Assembly: GCA_905214425.1 (NCBI GenBank)
Contig: CAJMLY010000008.1
Location: forward strand, 3,197 to 67,196
Length of the DNA: 64,000 nt
Origin: an uncultured bacterium
Lineage (GTDB): Bacteria; Actinomycetota; Coriobacteriia; Coriobacteriales; Coriobacteriaceae
Direction of reading: 5' to 3'
Shown here: piece after piece, positions 1-8,472 of the stretch
How positions within the stretch are numbered: the stretch's first letter is position 1
How the letters are laid out: each line of letters starts with the position of its first letter
Made by a program: the position numbers and the translations under genes
The notes under the pieces: generated by a model
What the model saw: only the letters and a program-made list of their open reading frames with translations
What the model was told of the DNA's origin: nothing
Database searches by the model: none

Positions 1-601
1 CGACCAGACGGCCCGGCGTTGCAACCAGGATATCGCAGCCGTACTTGAGTGCCGCGGTCTGCGGCTTGTAGCTCACGCCGCCCACGACGGTCACGGCAAC
101 ATGGCCGGTGACGTCGGCGATCTTGCTCGCGACCTCGTCGATTTGCTGGGCAAGCTCGCGCGTAGGGGTGATGACGAGCATCACGGGGCCGCGGCCGTTG
201 CCCTCGGGCTTTTTAGCACCGCGACGACGGTTGCGGCCGCCGCGCTCGCGCACGGGTTTGGGAGGAGCGATGTGCTCCAGATTGTTCATGGTCGGCAGCA
301 AAAAGGCGGCCGTCTTGCCGGTGCCGGTCTGAGCGGCGGCAAGCAAGTCGCGGCCCTCGAGCACCACGGGAATCGAGCCGGCCTGCACGGGCGTCGGCGC
401 CGTGTAGCCCAGGTTCTCAATAGCACGAAGCATCTCGTCGGAAAGTCCCAGCTCGTCAAAGGCGGGCAGGCTCTCGGTAGCGGACTCGACGGCCTGGGCA
501 GCATTGGCCTCGTCGGCGGCATCGAAGGCAGCCTGGGTCATGGCCTCGCGGGTCTCGTCCAGAATCTCGGCGTCCGTGACGTCAGATACAGAATTACGCA
601 T
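1..601 (-). CDS. DEAD-box ATP-dependent RNA helicase, N-terminal part (gene runs off the left edge)
   Basis: Reverse translation from ATG at 601 gives MRNSVSDV...FDELGLSDEMLRAIENLGYTAPTPVQAGSIPVVLEGRDLLAAAQTGTGKTAAFLLP...VMLVITPTRELAQQ...GCDILVATPGRLV. This shows the Q-motif, motif I (AQTGTGKT), Ia (PTRELA) and Ib (TPGRL). AAGGAA lies 9 nt upstream. The ORF is absent from the ORF track because it is open at the window edge. Confidence 0.9.
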   Translation of the reverse strand, partial: MRNSVSDVTDAEILDETREAMTQAAFDAADEANAAQAVESATESLPAFDELGLSDEMLRAIENLGYTAPTPVQAGSIPVVLEGRDLLAAAQTGTGKTAAFLLPTMNNLEHIAPPKPVRERGGRNRRRGAKKPEGNGRGPVMLVITPTRELAQQIDEVASKIADVTGHVAVTVVGGVSYKPQTAALKYGCDILVATPGRLV

Positions 602-872
602 ATGTTGTTGTTCCTTATCTGCACGCGCAATGGGCACGGCATGCGACCGCGCGGGCGTGCTTGGTAGTGCGCTAATACATACAAAAACAGGTGCGCACAG
701 AGAGGACGTTGCTCAGCACGCTGGCGATCGCTTTGGCAGCCCTATCACGCGCCGTCCAGACGCAGCAGCTCTAAGCGATGAAGCAGATTCGCCGCGGGTT
801 AGTATACCCGTACTCCGTATGCCCCCACGTAAACCACAGATGACGGGGTGGACGAGGTGGGCCCGGCTGATT

Positions 873-1010
873 GTCTCAATCTGTAACATCTACAGGGCAA
901 ATCTTCCTCTACGTGTTACAGATCGAGACAAACGGTCGACACGGTTCAGAAACGTCTCAATCTGTAACAGTTACCGAGTAAAATCGGCCCTAATTGTTAT
1001 AGATCAAGAC
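873..1010. repeat. Family A palindromic repeat array 1 (2 units of 57 nt; the second right arm is degenerate)
   Basis: GTCTCAATCTGTAACA (873-888) + 25 nt + TGTTACAGATCGAGAC (914-929). A 24-nt linker follows. Then GTCTCAATCTGTAACA (954-969) + 25 nt + TGTTATAGATCAAGAC (995-1010). Confidence 0.9.
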
Positions 1011-1189
1011 AGAGGGGGATTTCCGTCCAGTCCAAACCAAATCTCTCAGTCTTCCTGCAATTTCGAACATGTGGCCTATAATGTTGCTTTGGTTACGCTA
1101 TATATTGCGCAGCCATTTAATACGTCGCCCACCGGGGGCCATTAATTCCTATCGCCATATTGGCTAGGAAGCAATCAAAGGAGGTATCC

Positions 1190-2152
1190 GTGGCAGCAGA
1201 GACGCCTTGCTCGGTCCTCTATAACGATATTCGCTCGTTCGGCGGTCTTAAACATCTCGAGATCGCCCGAATGCTCATCAATGGAAACTCTTATCTCGGC
1301 AGTACCCTGCTCGAGAAATGCTCTTCCAACCGCTCGTATCTCACCCGTTACATCGTCCATCGCAAGCCTGACCAGTGCGCGCCCTCCATCTACAGCGACT
1401 TTACCGTCACCACGCTCAACCTTTCCTCGGCAATCTGCAGCAAGCTCGGCGGCGGCGAGTCCGCCTATCGGGCAATCGCCGAGCACTATCGCGGTCCGGC
1501 CGCCAACGAAATGATGTCGGCTCTCGCCAGCTACAAGCTGGACAGCCGCCTATATGCAAATGCCCTCAATCGCATCGACAACTTTGACGGCAATGCCGTG
1601 CGCGAGAAAAGCACGCTTTACCTTATGCTCTTTGTGGCAACGGGGGCGCTCGCCGATCCCGTTCAGGGCGTGGCCACCGTCGAGCGCTTTTGCGACAGCA
1701 AGACGGGCGAGCACTTTGGCACCACCGAAACTACCGTCGGACGTGGCTTTATGAGCAGCCTGGAGCAGCCGCGCACCGTCGCCCCCAACCTCGGTCTGCT
1801 CAGAACCCATGCCGACAACTGCGCCGACATGCAAATCCATCCCCTCACACGCGATCCGCGCGGCACGGTAATTGGGTCCTTGCCCAAAACCTCGCCCAGC
1901 ATCACCGATGTAGGCGCTGATGCATCGCGTGAGCATCTCCGCATTTGGCTCGAGGGTGGGCACTGGTACGCCCAGGGCCTTGGATCGACCAACGGCACAG
2001 TGCTCGAATCGGGCGCGGGCGACGGCGATATTGTGATTGAGCCGCCGCGCGACCAACGCGAACCCGGCAAAGTCTATCCCCCCGTGGAAATCGCCAACAG
2101 CGACAGGCTCCATCTGGGTCTCTACACGACATTCCTTGTCATTGTGGACTAG
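1190..2152 (+). CDS. FHA-domain protein (C-terminal forkhead-associated domain, unknown N-terminal domain)
   Basis: The C-terminus HLRIWLEGGHWYAQGLGSTNGTVLESG...IANSDRLHLGLYTTFLVI matches the FHA pattern (G-S-x-N-G-T ... D-x-L-x-LG). The likely start is GTG at 1190, 6 nt after AAGGAGG (1177-1183). The track ORF starts at TTG 1160. Confidence 0.7.
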   Translation: MAAETPCSVLYNDIRSFGGLKHLEIARMLINGNSYLGSTLLEKCSSNRSYLTRYIVHRKPDQCAPSIYSDFTVTTLNLSSAICSKLGGGESAYRAIAEHYRGPAANEMMSALASYKLDSRLYANALNRIDNFDGNAVREKSTLYLMLFVATGALADPVQGVATVERFCDSKTGEHFGTTETTVGRGFMSSLEQPRTVAPNLGLLRTHADNCADMQIHPLTRDPRGTVIGSLPKTSPSITDVGADASREHLRIWLEGGHWYAQGLGSTNGTVLESGAGDGDIVIEPPRDQREPGKVYPPVEIANSDRLHLGLYTTFLVIVD

Positions 2153-2166
2153 CACGGACAGCGATC

Positions 2167-2200
2167 GGAAGACGGTCGCCGTCCGTCTTTCGTCTTCTAC
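2167..2200 (+). terminator. Possible intrinsic terminator after the FHA gene
   Basis: GGAAGACGG-tcgccgt-CCGTCTTTC hairpin followed by the T-rich run CGTCTTCT. One mismatch in the stem. Confidence 0.35.
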
Positions 2201-2230
2201 CTTCTGTGTCGTAAACGACAATACTCAGCG

Positions 2231-2291
2231 GTACACGTGAGCAGTGCGGCTATCATGGTACTTTACCGATATCCGCACTGCTCACGTGTAC
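2231..2291 (+). promoter_or_regulatory. Perfect 19-bp inverted repeat (23-nt loop) just upstream of the kinase start
   Basis: GTACACGTGAGCAGTGCGG (2231-2249) and CCGCACTGCTCACGTGTAC (2273-2291) are exact reverse complements. Each arm contains CACGTG. The element ends 32 nt before the kinase ATG. Confidence 0.5.
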
Positions 2292-2323
2292 GCGCGGCAA
2301 CCCATGCCAGACAAAGGAACGCC

Positions 2324-4408
2324 ATGGATACTACCAATAGCGCCTATGGCGACAAACTTATCCGTCTCGATACGTTCGATACCGCCGTGGCGGTCGACCC
2401 CAGCGCCGAGGACGACGCCAAGCGTCGGTTTATGACGCTTATTCTCCAGACGGCCCACCGCGACAACGGCAACATCGGGCACGTGCTGCGCGCGACCAAC
2501 ACGAGCGGCGAGGTCTTTGCCGTCAAGCTACTCAAGGACAACGCCTTTCTCTCTGGCCAAGCCCCCGACCGCTCCGCCGAGCAATCGGCAGCGCACCTGG
2601 CCAACACCGCTGCGCTGTTCGAGGAGTACCGTCATCTGTGTACCGTCTCGCACCTGCGCGGATTTCCGCGCGTCTATGGCTACGGATCGTGCGAGGACGA
2701 CCCGCTCATCCTCATGGAGTGGGTCGAGGGCACCTCACTCAAGCAGGCGCTGCCCCTGCTTCCTCACGACGCCTCGGGCGGGCTGACCACCCAGATGGTC
2801 GCCGCCGTCGGAAACGCCGTGCTTCGTGCGCTCTTGATGACCCAAGGCCTCGTGAATCCGGTCGTCCATCGCGACCTGTCGCCTGCCAATATCATGTTCC
2901 GCACCACCAGCCGAACGCTCGAGCAGCAGATTGCCGATTGCTCCTTTGACCCCTGCCTCATCGACATGGGCTCCGCGACCATGGCACTCGGCGACGACAC
3001 AATCACCCGACGTGCCGACATTTGGCGCTTTGCCACGCCCGCATACGCCGCGCCCGAGATGCTCACGCAGGATATCGAAGGCATCGCGGCCCTTCGCCGT
3101 TCGCCGGCAATCGACGTCTATGCGCTTTCGAGCATTCTGTACCAGCTCTACAGCGGTCGCAAACCGTTCGATGTTAAGTCGACGGGCGCCGCGGCGACCG
3201 GCTCGTTCTACCTCATAAAGACCAAGACCAAACCGGCACCGCTCGAGCCGCGCTGCGAGGGCGATGAAGCGCTCGTCAAAATCATCATGAAGGGTCTCTC
3301 AGTCGAGCAGTGCGATCGTCCCACCGAGCAGCAGATGCTCGAGGTGCTCTCGGCATACCTCACCGATGCCGAATCCGAGGGCCCCGAAGGCACAGGAGAC
3401 GAGGCCGCGATTGATATCGATTCTGGCACGCACCTTAAGGTCGACGTCGCCGGCGAGCGCGCACGAGAGATCCTGAATCAGGCCCGCCACGATGCCATGA
3501 CCCGCCGCCGCTTTATTATCGGCGGCGCTATCGCAGCCGTTGCGGGGCTCAGCGTTATCGGGGCGGCAACCCATGGCTTTGGCATCCCCGACTACCTTGA
3601 CGGCATCCGCGGTTCACTTGACGACTACACCTGGGATCAGCTGCAGGAGATTTCGCTCAAGATTAAGGCCGCCGAGACCCGTAGCGAGGCACGCGAGATT
3701 GCCAAGCGCTATCACCTGCTCGATGCCGATGGGCATATCCCCTATCCGTGTACCAAGCGTGTCACGCTCACCAACGGGCTGCAGGTTGGCGCGCAGCTTG
3801 TGGGCATCCGCCACGATGAGCTTCTGGACGGGACGGGCAAGGCCGGACTGACGTTTATGTTCGATGCGGGTATTGCCGAGCGCAACGCTGCGGCTGAACC
3901 GCCGAGCGCCGGCTGGGCAGATTGCGAGCTGCGGGAATGGCTCAACGGCGACGGCCTTAAGCTGCTGCCCAACGAGTTGCGCGCACTCATTAAAGGGGTC
4001 AAGAAGGTCTCGAACAATGTGGGCGCCGCCAACAGCGCATCGTGCCTGAGCGAGTTGCCCGCAACCCTTTGGCTGCCCGCCATGGTCGAGCTGTGCGGAG
4101 TGCAGCCGCCCGATTCGTTTACCGAGGACTATCACTACCTGGCAGACATCTACAACGGCGAGGGCAAGGAGTATCAGCTCTTCCGCGAGCTCAAGGTGAG
4201 CCCGTATTCCACGAACGAGACGATGGTCCGCCAGTGGAAGGGCAAGGACACCTGTTGGTGGGAGCGCACGGTGAGCCCCGACACATCGGAGAGCGAAGGC
4301 ACGCTCTATATGAACCGCGTGGGGCACGACGGCGACGTCTTTACGTACGCAACGCCTGCGGAAAAGCCAAACAAGCTAACCTGTGTGATCCCCGGGTTCT
4401 GTATCTAG
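2324..4408 (+). CDS. Hanks-type Ser/Thr protein kinase with one TM segment and a C-terminal extracellular domain
   Basis: Kinase motifs AVKLL (VAIK-like), HRDLSPANIMF (HRD/catalytic loop), DMGSA (DFG-like) and AAPE. TM segment RRFIIGGAIAAVAGLSVIGAA. The ectodomain has W..CELREWLNGDG...LWLPAMVELCG, reminiscent of DUF6273-type domains (recalled from memory, unverified). ATG 2324 is preceded by AAGGAA. The track start GTG 2237 lies inside the hairpin and was rejected. Confidence 0.85.
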   Translation: MDTTNSAYGDKLIRLDTFDTAVAVDPSAEDDAKRRFMTLILQTAHRDNGNIGHVLRATNTSGEVFAVKLLKDNAFLSGQAPDRSAEQSAAHLANTAALFEEYRHLCTVSHLRGFPRVYGYGSCEDDPLILMEWVEGTSLKQALPLLPHDASGGLTTQMVAAVGNAVLRALLMTQGLVNPVVHRDLSPANIMFRTTSRTLEQQIADCSFDPCLIDMGSATMALGDDTITRRADIWRFATPAYAAPEMLTQDIEGIAALRRSPAIDVYALSSILYQLYSGRKPFDVKSTGAAATGSFYLIKTKTKPAPLEPRCEGDEALVKIIMKGLSVEQCDRPTEQQMLEVLSAYLTDAESEGPEGTGDEAAIDIDSGTHLKVDVAGERAREILNQARHDAMTRRRFIIGGAIAAVAGLSVIGAATHGFGIPDYLDGIRGSLDDYTWDQLQEISLKIKAAETRSEAREIAKRYHLLDADGHIPYPCTKRVTLTNGLQVGAQLVGIRHDELLDGTGKAGLTFMFDAGIAERNAAAEPPSAGWADCELREWLNGDGLKLLPNELRALIKGVKKVSNNVGAANSASCLSELPATLWLPAMVELCGVQPPDSFTEDYHYLADIYNGEGKEYQLFRELKVSPYSTNETMVRQWKGKDTCWWERTVSPDTSESEGTLYMNRVGHDGDVFTYATPAEKPNKLTCVIPGFCI

Positions 4409-4450
4409 GCGGCGGGCGTCTTGCCGCAACGGGACCCCTCCCCGGCAATT

Positions 4451-4555
4451 GTCTCGATCTGTAACAGTTAGAGGTCATTTTCCCTGCTAGATGTTACAGA
4501 TTGAGATGATTGGTTGGGACGGTCCATCGGCCAACCAATCATCTCAATCTGTAAC
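4451..4555. repeat. Family A array 2 (1 complete unit plus an orphan left arm)
   Basis: GTCTCGATCTGTAACA (4451-4466) + 25 nt + TGTTACAGATTGAGAT (4492-4507). The 33-nt linker is itself a palindrome (GATTGGTTGG...CCAACCAATC). An orphan arm ATCTCAATCTGTAAC (4541-4555) follows. Confidence 0.85.
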
Positions 4556-4580
4556 GAAATCTCATATATTATTTCTGTAC

Positions 4581-4611
4581 TGGACACCCCCAGGGGGTAT
4601 GGGTGTATAGT
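4581..4611 (+). promoter_or_regulatory. Putative copA promoter with a CsoR-type operator
   Basis: TGGACA (4581-4586), a 19-nt spacer, then TATAGT (4606-4611). The spacer holds the GC-rich dyad ACCCCC-A-GGGGGT (4586-4598) flanked by A/T. This resembles known CsoR operators (TACCCC..GGGGTA type). A csoR gene lies in the same operon. Confidence 0.6.
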
Positions 4612-4658
4612 ATCGGATGGTTAACATTTCCGACACTACGTCACAGAAAGGAGAAGCC

Positions 4659-6998
4659 ATGGCTCAAGATAAGTTCGACGTGGGTGGCATGACATGCGCC
4701 GCCTGCCAGGCGCACGTGGACCGCGCCGTGAGCAAGCTCGACGGCGTCGAGAGCGTCGCGGTCAATCTGCTCGCCGGTTCCATGATGGTCGACTACGACC
4801 CCGCGCAGGTCTCCCCCGACGACATCTGCACCGCTGTCGACCGCGCGGGCTACTCGGCCTCGCCCGTCAGCACGGGCACCGACGCTGTCCAAAGCGGAAG
4901 TGCGCAAGCCAGGTCCGGCGCCGCCCATATGGAGTCGCCCACCAAAAAGTTGGAGGCCGCCGCCTCTGCCATGCGCACCCGCCTCATCGTCTCGATCGTC
5001 TTCCTCATCCCACTGTTCTACATAGGCATGGGGCACATGCTCGGCTGGCCGCTGCCCGGCATCTTCACCGACCACACCCACAGCATGACGCTCGCTCTCA
5101 CCGAGCTCGCCCTGCTCATCCCCATCGTCTACATCAACGACGCATACTTTATCAACGGGTTTAAATCGCTTACGCATGGCGCGCCTACCATGGACGCCCT
5201 TATTGCCGTGGGCGCCACTGCTTCCATCGCCTGGTCGCTCTACGCCATGTTCATCATGGCCGACCAGCTAGCCGCGGGTCAGGTCCACGAGGCCATGATG
5301 ACGAGCATGGACAACCTGTATTTTGAGAGCGCCGGCACAATCCTGTCGCTCGTCACCGTGGGCAAATATCTCGAGACACGCAGCAAATCCAAGACCGGCG
5401 GCGCCATCGAGGCGCTCATCGACTTGGCGCCCAAGACCGCGACCGTCGTGGCAGAGGACGGCACCGAAACCACCGTCGATGTCGACGCCATCCTTCCCGG
5501 CCAGGTCCTGCGCGTGCGCCCCGGCGAGTCCATCCCCGTCGATGGCGTGGTGCTCGAGGGCAGCTCGGCCGTGGACGAGAGCGCGCTCACCGGCGAGTCC
5601 ATCCCCGTGGAGAAGACCGCCGGCGACACTGTCAATGCGGCCACGGTCAACCGCACGGGCTCGTTTACCTTCCGCGCCACGCGTGTGGGCGCCGACACGT
5701 CGCTCGCCAAGATTATCCAGCTCGTCGAGGACGCCAACGCCACCAAGGCGCCCATCGCCCGCATGGCCGACAAGGTCGCCGGCGTGTTCGTGCCCGTAGT
5801 ATTCGCGATCTCGGCCGTGACCTTTGTGGCGTGGATGGTGCTGACCGGAAGCGTCAACGAAGCGCTTACCTCCGCCGTCGCCGTGCTGGTGATCAGCTGC
5901 CCGTGCGCGCTGGGCCTGGCCACGCCCGTCGCCATTATGGTCGGCACCGGCAAGGGCGCCGAGATGGGCATTCTCTTTAAGAGCGCCGAGGCGCTGGAGA
6001 ACCTGCGCAGCGTGGGCACCGTGGTGCTCGATAAGACGGGCACGGTCACCCGCGGCAAGCCTGCCGTGACCGATATCGTGGTAGCCACGCGCGCTGACGG
6101 CTCGCCCGCCATGAGCGAAAAGGCGCTGCTCAAGTTGGCCGCCGCGCTGGAACGCTCAAGCGAGCACCCGCTGGCCGAGGCGATTATGGCCGAGTGCGAG
6201 ACACGCGGGATCGTCGCGCGCATGGTCGAGGACTTTGCCGCCGTGCCCGGACGAGGCGTTACGGCGCGCGAGGGGCAAAACGCCATTGCAGCCGGCAACG
6301 TACGCCTGATGGACGAGCTGGGCGTTACCGTGCCCGCGGGTCTTGCCGAGCAATTTGCCACCGAGGGCAAGACGCCGCTGTTCTTTGCCAAGAACGGCGA
6401 GCTTGCCGGCACCGTTGCCGTGGCTGACGAGGTCAAGGAGACGAGCGCCGGGGCCATCGCCGCACTGCGCTCGCTTGGCGTCGACGTGCGCATGCTCACC
6501 GGCGACAACCGCGTCACCGCCGAAGCGATCGCCCGCCGCGTGGGACTGACCAGCAAGCAGGTCATCGCCGACGTTCTCCCCGCCGACAAGGAACGCCACG
6601 TGCGCGAACTGCAGGATGCGGGCGGCAAGGTCGCCATGGTGGGCGACGGCATCAATGACTCCCCCGCCCTGGCGCGCGCCGACGTGGGCCTTGCTATCGG
6701 CACCGGCGCCGACATCGCCAAGGAGGGCGCCGACGTGGTACTCATGCGCAGCGACCTCATGGACGTCGCCCGCGCCATCGAGCTTTCGCGCGCCACGATC
6801 CGCAACATCAAGCAGGACCTGTTCTGGGCGCTGTTCTACAACGGCATCGGCATTCCGCTGGCGGCGGGCGTGTTCTTCCCGCTCACCGGATGGCAACTCT
6901 CGCCGATGTTTGGCGCCGCGGCCATGAGCCTGTCGAGCGTGTGCGTCGTGAGCAATGCGCTGCGTCTGAAATCCTTTAAGCCTAAGACGGCGCGCTGA
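4659..6998 (+). CDS. copA: Copper-translocating P1B-type ATPase
   Basis: N-terminal HMA domain [13 protein letters not shown] metal site CPC ([13 protein letters not shown]). Phosphorylation site DKTGT, plus TGDN and [13 protein letters not shown] 4659 is preceded by AAGGAG. Confidence 0.95.
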   Translation: MAQDKFDVGGMTCAACQAHVDRAVSKLDGVESVAVNLLAGSMMVDYDPAQVSPDDICTAVDRAGYSASPVSTGTDAVQSGSAQARSGAAHMESPTKKLEAAASAMRTRLIVSIVFLIPLFYIGMGHMLGWPLPGIFTDHTHSMTLALTELALLIPIVYINDAYFINGFKSLTHGAPTMDALIAVGATASIAWSLYAMFIMADQLAAGQVHEAMMTSMDNLYFESAGTILSLVTVGKYLETRSKSKTGGAIEALIDLAPKTATVVAEDGTETTVDVDAILPGQVLRVRPGESIPVDGVVLEGSSAVDESALTGESIPVEKTAGDTVNAATVNRTGSFTFRATRVGADTSLAKIIQLVEDANATKAPIARMADKVAGVFVPVVFAISAVTFVAWMVLTGSVNEALTSAVAVLVISCPCALGLATPVAIMVGTGKGAEMGILFKSAEALENLRSVGTVVLDKTGTVTRGKPAVTDIVVATRADGSPAMSEKALLKLAAALERSSEHPLAEAIMAECETRGIVARMVEDFAAVPGRGVTAREGQNAIAAGNVRLMDELGVTVPAGLAEQFATEGKTPLFFAKNGELAGTVAVADEVKETSAGAIAALRSLGVDVRMLTGDNRVTAEAIARRVGLTSKQVIADVLPADKERHVRELQDAGGKVAMVGDGINDSPALARADVGLAIGTGADIAKEGADVVLMRSDLMDVARAIELSRATIRNIKQDLFWALFYNGIGIPLAAGVFFPLTGWQLSPMFGAAAMSLSSVCVVSNALRLKSFKPKTAR

Positions 6999-7150
6999 AG
7001 CACCCGACCTTGCCCCTCAAACCGTCGCTCACGTACCAAAGTACGCTTCGCTCCTCTTTCGGGGCAATCTCGGGCACCTCAGCGTGCCTTTAAGATGACT
7101 CTGTTCACGACTAAACTGTCAGATAAACTCAATCGATAAGGAGTACACCC

Positions 7151-7372
7151 ATGCGTTACACAATCAAGACTTCCGGCCTTATGTGCGGCCACTGCGACGC
7201 TACTGTCGAGACCGCGCTGCTCAACGTAGCCGGCGTGACCGATGCCGACGCCGACCACGAGACCCAGACCGTCCAGGTGGAGTGCGCCGACACCGTGACC
7301 CCCGAGCAGCTCGCCGCCGCTGTCGAGGGCGCCGGCGAGAAGTTCCACGCCCTATCCGTGACCGCCGCGTAG
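7151..7372 (+). CDS. copZ: Heavy-metal-associated (HMA) copper chaperone
   Basis: 73 aa with an MxCxxC-type site (SGLMCGHCDATV). Directly downstream of copA. AAGGAG RBS. Confidence 0.85.
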   Translation: MRYTIKTSGLMCGHCDATVETALLNVAGVTDADADHETQTVQVECADTVTPEQLAAAVEGAGEKFHALSVTAA

Positions 7373-7398
7373 CAGACGCCGCCTACTGAATCCTCAGA

Positions 7399-7465
7399 AG
7401 TTGCGGTGAAATACGGACTGTTGTGCCGCCCTAGGCCTTTAAACGGTCCGTATTTCACCGCAACT
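7399..7465. repeat. Family B hairpin repeat, copy 1
   Basis: AGTTGCGGTGAAATACGGAC (7399-7418) and GTCCGTATTTCACCGCAACT (7446-7465) form a perfect 20-bp inverted repeat with a 27-nt loop. It lies between copZ and csoR. Confidence 0.9.
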
Positions 7466-7507
7466 GACGGGGATATCCGAAAGATCGACCAGAAACGAGG
7501 ACCCGCC

Positions 7508-7780
7508 ATGATGGCAGACCACAAATCGGTGACCCGCATGCTCAAGACGGCACGCGGCCAGATCGACGGCATCTTGCGGATGGTCGATGAGGACCGCTAC
7601 TGCGTCGATATCTCCACGCAGCTCATGGCCACACAGGCGCTCCTCGCGCGCATTAACGCCGACGTGCTCAAGGCGCATATCGAGGGCTGCGTGACTTCGG
7701 CAATCGAATCGGGCGACGAAGACCTCAAAGCCGCCAAGCTCGCCGAGATCGAACGCGTCGTCGACAAGCTCTCCAAGTAA
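7508..7780 (+). CDS. csoR: CsoR/RcnR-family metal-sensing transcriptional repressor
   Basis: The sequence MMADHKSVTRMLKTARGQIDGILRMVDEDRYCVDISTQLMATQALL...HIEGCV shows the DUF156/CsoR fold signature with a C...H..C ligand set. ATG 7508 follows GAGGA. The track start at 7406 lies inside the Family B repeat. Confidence 0.9.
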   Translation: MMADHKSVTRMLKTARGQIDGILRMVDEDRYCVDISTQLMATQALLARINADVLKAHIEGCVTSAIESGDEDLKAAKLAEIERVVDKLSK

Positions 7781-7790
7781 TTGGGGCATT

Positions 7791-7837
7791 GGGGACAGGT
7801 ACGTTTGCACCACATTGGTGCAGATTAACCTGTCCCC
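7791..7837. repeat. Family D nested hairpin, copy 1
   Basis: GGGGACAGGT (7791-7800) pairs with ACCTGTCCCC (7828-7837). An inner TGCACCA-cat-TGGTGCA hairpin is enclosed. The reverse complement GGTGCAAACGTACCTGTCCCC recurs at 58019-58039. Confidence 0.8.
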
Positions 7838-7892
7838 CTTGCTCTAAATCGGGTATAAAGGCGTGCGGCATATCGAATGAAAGGCAATTTGC

Positions 7893-8366
7893 ATGAATGA
7901 CTTTATGAAGGGCCGCAATGGCGCTGACGAACTCACCATCGTGATGGGCTTCGCAGGCATTATCATCGCCGTGATCGGTTCGATGGCTCGTATCCAGTGG
8001 CTCAGCTGGATCGCCATCGCCGTAATCGTGATTGGCGTGCTGCGCGGCCTGTCCAAAAATATCGATGCACGTCGCAAGGAGAACGAGGCCTTTGTCGCCA
8101 CGACCGCCAATGTTCCCGGCTTGGGCAAGTTCGTCGCCAGCTTGGGCGGCGGCGCTGCAGCGGCTAGCACCTCACGCGCAGCCGACACCAGTAAGGAAGA
8201 CTTTGAGCGTGCCAAGCGCACGGCCAAGAAGATGTGGAAGGGTCGCAAGACCACGGCATACCTCAAGTGCCCCAACTGCGGCCAGATGCTCTCCGTCCCC
8301 AAGGGCAAGGGCAAGATCCGCGTCACCTGCCCCAAGTGCCACGCCAAGATGGAGACACGCTCATAG
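7893..8366 (+). CDS. Small membrane protein with a C-terminal zinc-ribbon
   Basis: Two hydrophobic segments (LTIVMGFAGIIIAVIG, LSWIAIAVIVIGVL). C-terminal CPNCG...CPKCH four-Cys ribbon. Codon third-position GC bias is consistent with coding. Confidence 0.65.
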   Translation: MNDFMKGRNGADELTIVMGFAGIIIAVIGSMARIQWLSWIAIAVIVIGVLRGLSKNIDARRKENEAFVATTANVPGLGKFVASLGGGAAAASTSRAADTSKEDFERAKRTAKKMWKGRKTTAYLKCPNCGQMLSVPKGKGKIRVTCPKCHAKMETRS

Positions 8367-8389
8367 CCGCCATACCATGGGACAAAATA

Positions 8390-8424
8390 AAGCCGAGGCC
8401 TCGCACTGAGACCTCGGCTTTTTT
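8390..8424 (+). terminator. Intrinsic terminator (probably bidirectional)
   Basis: AAGCCGAGG-cctcgcactgaga-CCTCGGCTT followed by TTTTTT. The opposite strand also reads into a T-rich run (TTTATTTTG). Confidence 0.8.
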
Positions 8425-8472
8425 GATTATGACAAAGGGATTGCCCCTTTGTCGCATCGTCATATCGCACGC

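Noticed and set aside
101-667. 188-aa plus-strand ORF at the left edge
   Set aside because: It lies antisense to the DEAD-box helicase, whose Q motif, motif I and motif Ia are read clearly on the minus strand. The plus-strand translation is Gly/Ala/Arg-rich with no motif.
6999-7085. Imperfect inverted repeat after copA (CCCGACCTTGCCCC ... GGGGCAATCTCGGG) as a terminator or another repeat family
   Set aside because: The arms have several mismatches, there is no U-tract and no second copy in the window. copZ follows closely and is probably co-transcribed.
7406-7507. N-terminal 34-codon extension of csoR in the ORF track (MKYGLLCRPRPLNGPYFTATDG...)
   Set aside because: The extension is encoded entirely by the Family B hairpin repeat. 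A GAGGA RBS precedes the ATG at 7508, which gives a canonical-length CsoR.
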